This document shows, in pieces, positions 1 through 10,053 of a stretch of 64,000 nucleotides of DNA. A program made the translations under genes and the position numbers. A model generated the notes under the pieces. It had not been told where the DNA came from. It ran no database searches and saw nothing but the letters and a program-made list of their open reading frames with translations. The DNA comes from an uncultured delta proteobacterium. GTDB lineage: Bacteria > Desulfobacterota > Binatia > UBA9968. The DNA lies in NCBI GenBank assembly GCA_963804165.1, contig CAWDPO010000003.1, positions 192,001 to 256,000 of the forward strand, in the 5' to 3' direction. Position 1 is the stretch's first letter. The number at the start of each line of letters is the position of its first letter.

Positions 1-892
1 CCAGGTCGAATTCATCAAGCCCGCCGCTGCCGATGATTTTAACACTGCTATGCCCGCCCGCGTCGAGAATTCGCCGCACCTCCACCGCAAGTTTCGCTAA
101 ATCGCCGCTGTCGATGCGTACACCGATCAGTTGATTACCGCCTTTAGCCATTTCATCGGCGACCCGAACCGCGTTACGTGCTCCCTCGAGCGTATCGTAG
201 GTGTCGATGAGAAGTATCGCATTATTTGGGAAGCTCGCGACGTAAGCGCGAAACGCATCGATTTCGCGATCGAAGCTTGAGACGAAGGAGTGCGCCATCG
301 TGCCGACGATGGGGATGTCATATTTCTGCCCCGCCCTCACATTGCTGGTTCCGGGAAATCCGGCGAGATAACTGGCACGAGCGACTTTCATGCCCGCGTC
401 TGTGCCATGCGTGCGGCGCAACGCAAAGTCGACGACGGCGCGGCCGCCGGCGGCGTGCACGCAACGGGCCGCTTTAGTGGCGATCAAGCTCTGCAAATGA
501 ACTTGATTAATAATGAAAGTTTCAACGATCTGCGCCTGGATAATCGGCGCGGTCACTTCAATCACCGGTTCATCTTTGAAGAAGACTCGCCCTTCCGGAA
601 TCGCCCATACGGTGCCGGAGAACCGAAGGTCGGCGAGATAGTGCAAAAAGTCATCTGAGAAGAGTTTTTGAGACGCTAGATAATCGAGCGCCGAAGCATC
701 GAAGGAAAAACTTTCAAGATAGTCCAAAACGTCCTGCAGTCCCGCCGAAATGAAATAACCGCGATTGGGTGGGTAGGAACGAATAAAGAGGCTGAATGTG
801 GCCTCGCCCATTCGCTGTTCGCGAAAGTAGCTTTGCGCCATCGTCAGCTGGTAGAGATCGGTCAGGAGAGTGAGGTTCTCACCGGTGGTCAT
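1..892 (-). CDS. pncB: Nicotinate phosphoribosyltransferase (3' end outside window)
   Basis: Manual translation from ATG at 892: MTTGENLTLLTDLYQLTMAQSYF...DFALRRTHG...GTSNV...GTMAHSFV...LLIDTYDT, all NAPRTase motifs. Absent from the ORF track because the frame runs off the window edge. Confidence 0.93.
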   Translation of the reverse strand, partial: MTTGENLTLLTDLYQLTMAQSYFREQRMGEATFSLFIRSYPPNRGYFISAGLQDVLDYLESFSFDASALDYLASQKLFSDDFLHYLADLRFSGTVWAIPEGRVFFKDEPVIEVTAPIIQAQIVETFIINQVHLQSLIATKAARCVHAAGGRAVVDFALRRTHGTDAGMKVARASYLAGFPGTSNVRAGQKYDIPIVGTMAHSFVSSFDREIDAFRAYVASFPNNAILLIDTYDTLEGARNAVRVADEMAKGGNQLIGVRIDSGDLAKLAVEVRRILDAGGHSSVKIIGSGGLDEFDL

Positions 893-1045
893 GAAGCATT
901 TTTTCTCCAACTTCGCGATAGTTTAGTGAAAAGGAGTTGCCGAGTAAAGGAATCGCTTGGCGCGCTTCTCTGTTGATTTATCGGGGTCATTTTGTTAAGG
1001 ATTTGTTAGCAGCTACGCGTAATTAGCCATCCTAGGAGGGCATCG

Positions 1046-1768
1046 ATGTTTACCGAGAAGGTTGATTTGAAGGATTTCGAAAAGCAAGATCCGGAATACC
1101 AGGACTTACTGCGCCGGGTATTGGCCATCCAGGCCGATTGCGAAATCGGCGGCCCGAATCTTTATGTAAAGCACATTCTACCGTCCGCACCGACCAAGTT
1201 GGATCAGCTCATTGTCGCGCGCACCGCGGCGGAAGAAATGGATCATTTCCGAAAAATGGCCCGTTTGGCCGGTGATGTCGGGGTGGATGTTACCTACACA
1301 CTCAGCCGTCCCAATCAGGAACGCTATGTGGAAGCGTTTCGCGGCGAGATCAAGACCTGGGAAGACTATGCCGTGTTCGGATTTCTCGTCGACCGCGTCG
1401 GCCGATTTCAACTCGAGGAGTTCCTCGATTGCACTTACCTGCCGCTTGCCCGCGTCGTCGAAGATCCGGACATCATCCGGGAAGAAGAAGGGCACGTCGA
1501 CTTCGGCACCAACGCTTCCGCTGAATTCGCGGCTAAAGGCGGCGAGTCGAAGGAAAGAATTCAACGGGCGGTGGATTACTGGTACGTCAAGGGCCTCGAC
1601 ATGTTCGGCAATTCGAAGTCGTATCGTTCGGAACGTTACATGTTTTGGGGATTGAAGCGTCGCCCCAACGCGGTGGCGCGCCAGCAATATAAGGATGAGA
1701 TCGACGCACTGATTTTAAAAATGGGTCTCACGCTCCCCGATCCCAACAAGGGACGGCTGTACACGTAA
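1046..1768 (+). CDS. PaaA/PaaC-like ferritin-fold diiron protein (phenylacetyl-CoA oxygenase subunit family)
   Basis: RBS AGGAGG; QADCEIGG, ExxH motifs EEMDH and EEEGH, C-terminal YWYVKGLDMFG...RY..WGLKRRPN typical of the PaaA family. Confidence 0.8.
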   Translation: MFTEKVDLKDFEKQDPEYQDLLRRVLAIQADCEIGGPNLYVKHILPSAPTKLDQLIVARTAAEEMDHFRKMARLAGDVGVDVTYTLSRPNQERYVEAFRGEIKTWEDYAVFGFLVDRVGRFQLEEFLDCTYLPLARVVEDPDIIREEEGHVDFGTNASAEFAAKGGESKERIQRAVDYWYVKGLDMFGNSKSYRSERYMFWGLKRRPNAVARQQYKDEIDALILKMGLTLPDPNKGRLYT

Positions 1769-1782
1769 TATCGAGGAATACC

Positions 1783-1974
1783 ATGCAAACAGCACCTAAC
1801 ACTGACGCGTTGGATCAACAGTTCAAAGAATTCATCCAAGGTATAAAGAAAGCTGTAGGTACGGGCATACCGCATCTTAAGGACGATCCGAAGATCGTCG
1901 ACCAGGCGATCACGGATTGCAAGGAAATTCTCGACGTGGTCATGGAAGGAAACGTCAAGGAGTGGCTCGCGTAA
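1783..1974 (+). CDS. Small hypothetical protein (63 aa)
   Basis: GAGGA RBS; starts 14 nt after the PaaA-like gene; protein-like composition. Confidence 0.7.
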   Translation: MQTAPNTDALDQQFKEFIQGIKKAVGTGIPHLKDDPKIVDQAITDCKEILDVVMEGNVKEWLA

Positions 1975-2017
1975 GCTATTGATCATCTCGATCCGACCGG
2001 AATCTTTTATCGTTCGT

Positions 2018-2053
2018 CAAAGGCGCCTTAAAAAAGTAGGCGCCTTTGTTTAT
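2018..2053 (+). terminator. Intrinsic terminator-like hairpin
   Basis: 11-bp stem CAAAGGCGCCT/AGGCGCCTTTG followed by TTTAT. Confidence 0.65.
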
Positions 2054-2087
2054 CAGCGGTCGGCGATTTTAAGCCAGGAGAGACACG

Positions 2088-2867
2088 TTGAATATTGTCG
2101 TTTGCGGTAAAGTCATTCCCGCCAGCACCGTGACCATCGAAATCGATCCGAATACGAAACGGATGATACGCAAGGGCGTCCCGCACGAGCTCGACCCGGC
2201 GGCCGCCAGCGCCGTCGAAGAAGGATTGCGCCTCACTGAAAAACATGGTGGCGCAGTGACGCTGATCACCATGGGTACGAGCGATGCGACGATCGGCATT
2301 CGCAATGCATTGGCGATGGGCGCGGCGTCTGCCGTGCACATCTTCGACGATGCCGTGGCGGGTTCCGATACCCTCGGCACCGCGAAGCTCCTGGCCGCCG
2401 CGATCAAAAAGCAAGAATTTGATCTTGTCATCTGCGCCACCGAGAGCAGTGACAGTTATTCCGGCATCGTGCCCGGACAAATCGCTCATTTCCTCGGCGT
2501 GCCGCCGGTCACTTTCGCCAAAGAGATCGACGTCGAAGGCAACAAGATTACAATCAAACGGCAGAGCGAAACCGGCTACGACATTGTCGAGTCGACCTTG
2601 CCGGCGCTGGTCGCTTGCAGCAGCGGCATCAACGAACCGCGTTATCCACAGCTCAAAGGCATCATGGCAGCGAAGAAAAAAGAGATTAAAGTTTACAAAG
2701 CCGCCGATTTGGGTTTATCGCCGGATGAAGTCGGCGAAAAAGGTGCCCGCGAAAAGGTTCTCGCCATCGGCCGCCCGGCCAAGCGGCAAGCCGGCAAAGC
2801 CGTGACCGACGAAGGCGAAGGCGGCAAGCAGATCGCCGACTTTCTGACGGAAATCAAGGTGATCTAA
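2088..2867 (+). CDS. etfB: Electron transfer flavoprotein beta subunit
   Basis: MNIVVCGKVIP, AVEEGLRL, ALAMGA, INEPRYP.LKGIMAAKKK motifs; TTG start. Confidence 0.95.
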   Translation: MNIVVCGKVIPASTVTIEIDPNTKRMIRKGVPHELDPAAASAVEEGLRLTEKHGGAVTLITMGTSDATIGIRNALAMGAASAVHIFDDAVAGSDTLGTAKLLAAAIKKQEFDLVICATESSDSYSGIVPGQIAHFLGVPPVTFAKEIDVEGNKITIKRQSETGYDIVESTLPALVACSSGINEPRYPQLKGIMAAKKKEIKVYKAADLGLSPDEVGEKGAREKVLAIGRPAKRQAGKAVTDEGEGGKQIADFLTEIKVI

Positions 2868-2868
2868 A

Positions 2869-3837
2869 GTGGCGGACACAATCTGGGTATACGCGGAAAT
2901 CAGCGAAGACAAAGTCACCACGACTTCCCTCGAGATGCTGGCGAAAGCCAGCGAGGTCGGAAAAGCTGAAGTGATTTTGCTCGGTCCAGCGACGGACGAC
3001 ACGGTCGCAACCCTCGCCAAGCACGGTGCGAGCAAAATTTATCATTGCGCGGATGCGGTCTATAAAGATTACTTGACCTTGCCCGCCGCCGAAACCGTCG
3101 CCGGATTGATTCAAAAATATAGTCCTGCGGTCATGCTCTTTGCGTCGAGTTATGCCGGCCGTGACCTGGTCGCCAATTTAAGTGCGCGCCTCGATTGCGG
3201 CGCAATCACCGACGTCGGCGATTTTTTATTGAAAGACGGCAGCGTCGAAGCGACGATTCCCGCGCTTGGCGCGAGTTACCAGAACACGAGCACGTTGGTC
3301 AGTCAGGGAACGAAGTTGCTCGTCGTGCGGCCCAAATCTTTCGAACCGAAAATCAACGAACAGCCGCTCGCCGTCGAAGAAGTTCCCGCAGCGACGGATG
3401 AGGGTTTACGCAAAGTTCACATGAAAGAGCGCGTCGTTGTCAAGCGCGAAGGGCCCTCGCTCGAAGGCGCAAAGATCGTCATCTCCGGCGGGCGCGGGCT
3501 CAAGGGTGAAGAGCAATTTTCCATATTGAAAGAACTCGCCGATGTTCTCGGCGCCGCCGTCGGTGCCAGTCGTGCTGCAGTCGATGCCGGCTGGGTTCCC
3601 TACTCGATGCAGATCGGCCAAACCGGCAAGACAGTGAAACCCGACATCTATTTCGCCGTCGGTATTTCCGGTGCCGTGCAGCATCTCTCCGGCATGAAGA
3701 CCTCGAAATACATCATTACCATCAATAAAGATCCGGAAGCGCCGATCTTTCAATACTCCGACTTCGGCGTCGTTGGCGATCTCTTCAAAGTCGTGCCGCA
3801 GTTGATCGAAGAATTAAAGAAGCGCAAGGGCGCGTAG
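2869..3837 (+). CDS. etfA: Electron transfer flavoprotein alpha subunit
   Basis: [46 protein letters not shown] motifs. Confidence 0.96.
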   Translation: MADTIWVYAEISEDKVTTTSLEMLAKASEVGKAEVILLGPATDDTVATLAKHGASKIYHCADAVYKDYLTLPAAETVAGLIQKYSPAVMLFASSYAGRDLVANLSARLDCGAITDVGDFLLKDGSVEATIPALGASYQNTSTLVSQGTKLLVVRPKSFEPKINEQPLAVEEVPAATDEGLRKVHMKERVVVKREGPSLEGAKIVISGGRGLKGEEQFSILKELADVLGAAVGASRAAVDAGWVPYSMQIGQTGKTVKPDIYFAVGISGAVQHLSGMKTSKYIITINKDPEAPIFQYSDFGVVGDLFKVVPQLIEELKKRKGA

Positions 3838-3849
3838 CAAAGAGCGCAA

Positions 3850-3880
3850 TGTAGGGGTGGGTTTCAAACCCGCCCCTACA
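3850..3880. repeat. GTAG-type REP palindrome
   Basis: TGTAGGGGTGGGTTTCAAACCCGCCCCTACA between convergent genes; identical 30-mer at 24949-24978. Confidence 0.85.
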
Positions 3881-3902
3881 TGAATTCGTTGTGTGCGATG
3901 AA

Positions 3903-4872
3903 TTACCGCCTCGTCTGCTGAAAGAACCCTTCCCGTTCCAACTCTTGCACGAGCGAGGCATCGACGAAGTTGGCTGGATTGGCGCCGCTAGCTTCGCTGC
4001 CTAAACCTTTGAGCAATCCTTTGACACCTTCGAGATCGACGCCGATGGATTTTTGTAGATGCCTCTGCCCGTAGCTGCGGTAGACTTCGGCCAGTATTTC
4101 CGGATCGTCGAGGCAGACGTATTTGGCGAGGATTTTTAGCGCGGCATGTTTGTCGTTGCGAGTTTCTTGCACGGCTTCGTAATAGGCACGTAGGATACGC
4201 AGCACAGTGTCACGACTGCTTTTGATAAATGACCGCCGCGCGCTCATCGGCGAGTTGACGTAGGGAATGCCATAGTCGGCGGCGTCGACCAGCTCGCGCA
4301 GTCCCATCTTGATGCCGCGCAGGTTATTCGGCGCGGAAATCATGCCGCCGTCGACGAAGCCTTTGGCCACCGCCGCCAGCATTTCCGGCATGCCGCCGCG
4401 AATGCCCAACACCGCAAGATCTTTGTTGCGCTGCAGTCCCCACCGTTCGAGCAACAAACTCAATACTAGATCGGGTGAATCACCGAGGTTGCTCACGCCG
4501 ATCTTTTTGCCTTTGAGATCTTCGATCCGGCGGATTTCGGGTTTGGTCATCAGCGAAAAAACAGCGACATTGATGGTATTCGCAATGATCGCGAGGTCGG
4601 CGCCGCGAATTGTCGAGCGCACCACGGAAGACGGGGAGGCGCGGACAAACTGTATTTCGCCGGCGAGCATCGCCTCGATGGCGACACCACGAATGTAGGT
4701 TAACTCCACCTCGACGCCGTGCTTGTCGAAAAAGTTTCGGTCCTTAGCGACCCAGAGCGGCAGCATGGCGCCGCTGATGGAGCTGTAGGCAATGCGGAGG
4801 GGAGCGGCGTGGGCGTGCCACCGGCAATACCGCAGCGAGTGCGAGTATGGCCGATAGCGTCAACTTTAAAGC
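3903..4872 (-). CDS. ABC substrate-binding protein, SsuA/NMT1/THI5-like (frameshift near 5' end; start approximate)
   Basis: LRIAYSSISGAMLPLWVAKDRNFFDKHGVEVEL...AMLAGEIQF...DLKGKKIGV. Confidence 0.82.
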
Positions 4873-4960
4873 TCGATGGGTGGTCATCGGTTGGCGCGCT
4901 TGGGAATATTATCGGGGTGGATTCGCAAAGAGCACCCATGTCCTATCTTTTCCCCGCCTG

Positions 4961-5065
4961 GACTGTGTCGCAACTCGCACGATCATATGGGTGTCATGCT
5001 GAGCAACGCGAAGCATCTCGCATGGTGAGCTAATGACGAAGACGAGATTCTTCGCCTGCGGCTCA
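4961..5065. repeat. Left part of a REP/MITE-like palindrome interrupted by the IS110 element
   Basis: GACTGTGTCGCAA...TGTCATGCTGAG...GAAGCATCTC...GAGATTCTTCGCCTGCGGCTCA; resumes as GAATGACATTAAGACATAGTC at 6383-6403. Confidence 0.85.
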
Positions 5066-5084
5066 TCTATGAAAGCTTTGTCAA

Positions 5085-5271
5085 GGTATCTGTTAGTCAC
5101 ATATTGTTTTTTCTTCTCATGGTTTCGAATACACCAGTACTTATCGTCCGTGGCAAAGCGTACCCGATGTTATCGGACTCATCTATTCGCCGTCTAAAGC
5201 GGCAGAGAAAAATGCCACAGGGCTGTCGCAATCAGAATTCGGGTCTCAGTGGACCCATGAGCCGCGCGCGC
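5085..5271 (-). ncRNA. Putative bridge/seek RNA in the IS1111-type downstream non-coding end (boundaries approximate)
   Basis: Minus-strand RNA reads GCGGCUCA-hairpin(GGGUC/GACCC)-AUUCUGA, matching both target halves, then a second hairpin followed by AUAGAUGA, matching one donor half plus core. Confidence 0.75.
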
Positions 5272-6312
5272 TTAGCCCTGCGTGGACGACATCGGTTCGC
5301 GATAGCTTTCTCCTTTTTTCAACATCCAGAAACTCGCCTCCGCCAAGTGTCGGGCCACGGCCACAATCGCTTTGCCGTGCCCCCGTCTGGCTTTGACATT
5401 TTCATACAGCCGGGCAACGTGTCGGTACTCGCAGCGCTCGCGGTTGAGCACCGCGCTATTGGCCGCTTCGGTAAAGGCCCACTTCAGATAAAGATTCACA
5501 TCCTTTCTCACCCGCCCGTAGCGCACCTTGCCGCCACTGGAGTTCTCCCGGGGTACCAGCCCCGCGTAACTCGCCAGCTGCTCGGCTCGGCCAAAGCGCT
5601 CGATCGTACCGATCTCAGTCCAGATCACCACCGCCAACATCTCACCCACTCCTGGCTCGCTCTGCAAATAAGTCGTCTCGGCACAGGGAGCAAAGGCTTG
5701 GCGCATTTGGCCTTCAATGGTCTTGAGATTGGCCTGCACATGGTCGAGCTCGTCGAGCATCAATCGCAGCGCTTGTTGGGTGTGCGGTGGCAGCTTGGAG
5801 CAAAGCTCTTCGATGATCTGTCGGCCCCGCTTGCCAAAGGCGTCGCTGACGCCGTCGACCTTGAGCCCGTACTTCTCCAGAGTGGCGTGAATACGGTTCT
5901 TGAACTGGGTTCTCTGCTTGCTGAGCACCATGCGGGTGCGCGGCAGCTCGCGGGCATCACGAACCGCAGACGGCGCAATCCACACCGTCGGCAGGGTTCC
6001 GACTCTCTGCAAACGATTCATTCCCTTCGCATCGAGCTTGTCGCTCTTGTTCACGCTGCCGATCATCAGCTTGGCCAGTCGTGCGTTGACCAGTTGCGGC
6101 GATCCTTTCCCCGCCTCGATCTCATCGACTACCCAGTACCAGTTGCCCACGGTCTCAACCGCCACCGGGGTTCCCGGACTCCACTTGTTGGTGAAGTTCT
6201 TAATCGTTCCTCGACTATGCGCCAGTTTACACTCAAAGAGCTTCTGGCCTTGGTCATTTTCTACCCGCGCCCAGGTGTAATGCTTATGAACATCCAATGC
6301 GACGTATTCCAT
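5272..6312 (-). CDS. IS110-family DEDD recombinase/transposase
   Basis: ALDVHK, AVETVG, KSDKLDA (D-E-D-D) RuvC-like domain; PGVG and SYAGLVPRENSSGG (conserved Ser) Tnp domain; GGAGGAGG RBS. Confidence 0.96.
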   Translation of the reverse strand: MEYVALDVHKHYTWARVENDQGQKLFECKLAHSRGTIKNFTNKWSPGTPVAVETVGNWYWVVDEIEAGKGSPQLVNARLAKLMIGSVNKSDKLDAKGMNRLQRVGTLPTVWIAPSAVRDARELPRTRMVLSKQRTQFKNRIHATLEKYGLKVDGVSDAFGKRGRQIIEELCSKLPPHTQQALRLMLDELDHVQANLKTIEGQMRQAFAPCAETTYLQSEPGVGEMLAVVIWTEIGTIERFGRAEQLASYAGLVPRENSSGGKVRYGRVRKDVNLYLKWAFTEAANSAVLNRERCEYRHVARLYENVKARRGHGKAIVAVARHLAEASFWMLKKGESYREPMSSTQG

Positions 6313-6461
6313 TTGCGATTTCCTCCTCCAGCCGTCAGTCTATCTACCGACGCTGCGGATTTCATCGCTTTCATATTAATCAGAATGACATTAAGACATA
6401 GTCTCGTGACAAGGAAGGGGTTAAGACGATTTTGCGCAGAGTAGATTAATTGCTCGGGACT

Positions 6462-7208
6462 CTAAGCTGCAGCGCTGCTCGCGTCGTATTTCTGCTCTTG
6501 GACGACATAGGCCATGTAAATGCAGTCGGACATGACCCGGCGCATGTTGTTTTTCATCAGCTGGGCGTTGATGCAGGCTTCTTGCAGCTCTTTGGTGTCG
6601 GCGTATTTTTTCAGGATTTCTTTGCGGATCACGCCGTGCTCGACATCGACGTCGGCGTGCAGCTTGTAGAATGTCAAAGCGTCGTCCGGGAACCCATTTG
6701 TAGTGCTTACGAAAGGTATCGAGGTCGCGCGACATCGCTTTGGCGGTGTCGTCGCCTTCGGACACAGCGACGCCGAGCAGCCATGAAGTTTTAAATGCCG
6801 CGTTGGCGAAACTATCGACGGCGAACTTGACGCCGTAGAGCGGTTCGGAGTTTCTCACGAACTCGCGTTCCATTCCCAGACCGACGCAGACATCGAGCCA
6901 GTATTCGGGATGGGGCCCGTGTGATTTGCCGATCAGATCTTCGCCTTCCTCTTCGATGGCTTTCGGCAGCCACATGCGACGCACGTCGACGTGCGGGCAA
7001 TTATAGAGGATCGAATACTCTTTGATCGGTACTTGCTTGGTGAAGTAGTAGCGTTCCTTGGCCCAGCCTTGCAGCTGTTCTTGGTGCATTTGCCATCGCG
7101 AAAAATTGCTTCCCAAGGATGAGGCGGGCGCTGATGATCTTGGCGGTTTGCATCGAAAAAAGTCTGGATGAATTCATCGGGAGCGAGTTTGTGGTCGAGC
7201 TTGAACAT
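6462..7208 (-). CDS. PqqC/CADD/TenA-like heme-oxygenase-fold oxidase (2 frameshifts)
   Basis: Joined frames: MFKLDHKLAPDEF...HPWE...QLQGWAKERYYF...IEEEGED...HPEYWLD...AVSEG...FYKLHADVDVEHG. Confidence 0.8.
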
Positions 7209-7285
7209 AGAACTGATTCCTTTCGAGCTTGAGACGAAATGGAAAGGGCGCGGCACGCCGTGCCCCGTGAGTGACAACGCTGAGG

Positions 7286-8301
7286 TTATGCTTGCGCGTC
7301 TTCGCGATAGTGGCCGATGGCGTCCATCAAGCGGTTTATCGGTCATCACGAAGAAGATTGCCGGATCTTTGGACGTATTCTCGTGGCGGTGGAAATTCCA
7401 GAGCGGCACGACGAACGAGTCGCCCTGTTCCCATTCGTAGCGCTTGTCGCCGACGTAGCTGACGCCGCTGCCGCGCCATACATGATAGATGACCGAACTG
7501 GTATGGCGATGGCTCTTGGTTTTTTCGCCGGCGCGGAGCATGTGAATCTGGCACTCCATGGTCGGCAAGGTCGGTCCTCCGGTCATCGGGTTGGCATAGT
7601 CCAACACGATGCCGTCATAAGGATCGCCCGGCTGCTCGCCGACTTTGTTCAAGGCGCTTTCCGTGTCGGCCCATTTGTAGCAGAAGGCGGGCGGCTGGAT
7701 CGAATTCTGTTTCATCCACGCCGGGCGCAGCGCGCCGACCGTGGCGAGCGTGTAACCTTCTGGCTTGGTCACCGTTTGTTTCTTGCGCGGGTCGGGCTCG
7801 TGAAAATCGGTTTCCAACAATCTGACCAGCGGCGCGTCGAGGCCATCGAGCCACATCATCGGTCTCGCCGTGGTTTTCGTGATCGTGCCAAGTCCAGCTC
7901 GGCGTGGTGACGAAATCGCCTTCGCCGATCTCGAAGGATTCGCCCTCGACGATCAGCCGTGTGCCGTGGCCTTTCAGGATAAAGCGGATCGCGCCGGCCA
8001 TGTGGCGGTGTGACAGAGCGTTTTCGCCGGGCTTGAGCAGTTGCAGATTGAGCACCAGCGTACGCGACGTGCCATTTTTGAGCGCTGGGTTCCAGAGCTG
8101 AATGACGCGGCGAAACGAGACATCCAGGCCGACAACGTCGCCGGCTTTTTCCATGGCGGCAAAAAGGTCTTTGCCTTTCCAAAAGCAAGCGTCGAAAGAC
8201 GGCACCGGCTCGCGATAGACATCGCCCTGCTGGTTCTGCCAATAGCCTTTGAAATTCTTGCTCTGCAGTTCTTCCTCGAAAGCTTTGAGTGCTTCGGACA
8301 T
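7286..8301 (-). CDS. Gentisate 1,2-dioxygenase-like bicupin (frameshifted)
   Basis: LQLLKPGENALSHRHMAGAIRF...TPSWTWHDH...MWLDGLDAPLV...YANPMTGGPTLPTM...HRHTSS. Confidence 0.85.
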
Positions 8302-8525
8302 GGCTTGTTACCTCTCGCTACGTAACTGTGCTATCTAGCTTGAGTCTAATAGCCGTTGCAAGGCAAGGGGGAAATTGCACTGATGAAGCGATGGTGCATC
8401 GGACTCGTGAGCAGGCCAGCGACCAACACATTCGCGGCGTCACGGCTGTTGGCAACATGGCAATTCGCCATGTGTTGCGCGTTGTTGCTGCGGTCAAAGA
8501 GCGACGAGAGGCACTCGGCTCGCCC

Positions 8526-9934
8526 TTACTCGATCACCTTGACCGTAATCATGTTGGTGGTGCCGGTTTGGTGCAGCGGAAGGCCGGCGGTGATCGCGAC
8601 AAGTCGCCCCGTTTGACTAGCCCGGATTCGAGCGCTTTCTTCTGCAGCACGCGAATCATCTCATCGGTGCTTTTGAATCCGCGTGATCGGTATCGGATAA
8701 ACGCCCCAGACTAAGCAGAGCATCTTGACCGTCTGCGGCTCGGGACTGACGGCGATGATCGGTTGCTGCGGCCGATAGCGAGCAATCAATCGCGCCGTGC
8801 TGCCGGAAGTCGTCGGTATCAAAAACGCTTTGACCCGCAGGTCGCGCGCCAGAGAGATGGCGCCCACACTGATCGCCTCCGGCACGGTCTTTTCGAGGCC
8901 GGAGAAGCGCTGCCGCGGTTCCAGAATCGTTTCGGTTTCTTCGGCGACTTGCGCCATGATTTTGACGGCGTCCAAAGGATAATCGCCTGCGGCGGTTTCC
9001 TCGGAAAGCATCAGCGCGTCGGTGCCGTCCAGAATCGCGTTAGCGATATCCGTCACTTCGGCGCGGGTCGGCCGAGGATTCCAGACCATCGAGCGCAGCA
9101 TCTGGGTCGCCGTGATGACCGGTTTGCCGAGATGATTGGCTTCGCGGATCATCATTTTCTGCATGGCCGGGAATGCGCTCCTGGGCGATTTCCAGGCCCA
9201 GATCGCCGCGCGCGACCATGATGCCGTCGACGTTTTCGAGAATGCTCGTCGATATGGTCCAGCGCTTCGTGTTTTTCGATCTTGGCGATGATGGGAATCG
9301 TCGCGCCGAGCTTTTGCATTTCGCGCCGGGCGTAAAGAATATCCTGGCTGTTGCGCACGAAAGATAGCGCGATCATGTCGACTTTCTCTTCGATGCCGAA
9401 AGCCAGATCTTTTTTGTCGTCGTCGGGTCAGCGCGCGGATGTTGAGACTACTGCTGGGAAAGTGAATGCCTTTGTGCGAGCCAAGAATGCCGCCGACGAC
9501 GATGCGGCACTTGACCTCGTGCTTGCTGACCTGCAGCGCTTCGAGCTCGATTTCGCCGTCGCCGAGCAGGATCGGATCACCTTTTTTGACGCGCGCGGTG
9601 AAGCCCGGCAAAGTTCACCGATACGGCGAGCTCGGTGCCGAGAATCTTTCGAGTGGTGAGCACGAAGGGCCGGCGGGTTTGTAGTCGCACGCGGTCGCCG
9701 GCGATTGCGCCGATGCGGATTTTCGGTCCGGGCAGATCTTGCAGAATCGCCACCGGCTTATCGAGCTTGCGCTCCAGTTGGCGAATTTTTCGAATGACGC
9801 GCCGGTGAAAAGCGTAGTCGCCGTGACTGAAATTGAGCCGCGCAACATTCATACCGGCGCGGATCAAGCCTTCGAGCATTTTGTCCGATCGAACAGGCGG
9901 GTCCGATGGTGCAGACGATTTTGGTTCTGCGCAT
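8526..9934 (-). CDS. pyk: Pyruvate kinase (several frameshifts)
   Basis: MRRTKIVCTIGP, GMNVARLNFSHG, DLPGPKIR, IIAKIEK, PVITATQMLRSM, PTRAEVTDIANAILDGTDALMLSEETA. Confidence 0.93.
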
Positions 9935-10053
9935 TTTGCATAATGTACACGAGCCGGTTGCAGAATCAACGAACGAGAGAGATGAGGGATTGAGAGTATT
10001 GGCCAATGATGGACTCATGCGTCTTCGAAACCCATCACGTCCAGTTTACTTTG

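Larger units (their letters stand above)
5066..6382 (-). mobile_element. IS110-family insertion sequence, IS1111 type, 1317 bp including one TCA core
   Basis: TCA at both junctions (5063-5065, 6380-6382); subterminal inverted repeats TATGAAAGC (5068-5076) and GCTTTCATA (6367-6375); removing it restores GCGGCTCAGAATGACA. Confidence 0.92.

Noticed and set aside
5104-6444. 446-aa plus-strand ORF over the IS
   Set aside because: Antisense shadow of the IS110 recombinase with no recognisable motifs
6462-6500. C-terminal YDASSAAA resembling an ssrA tag or tmRNA fragment
   Set aside because: It is simply the in-frame end of the PqqC-like gene and no tmRNA structure is present; at most a protease degron
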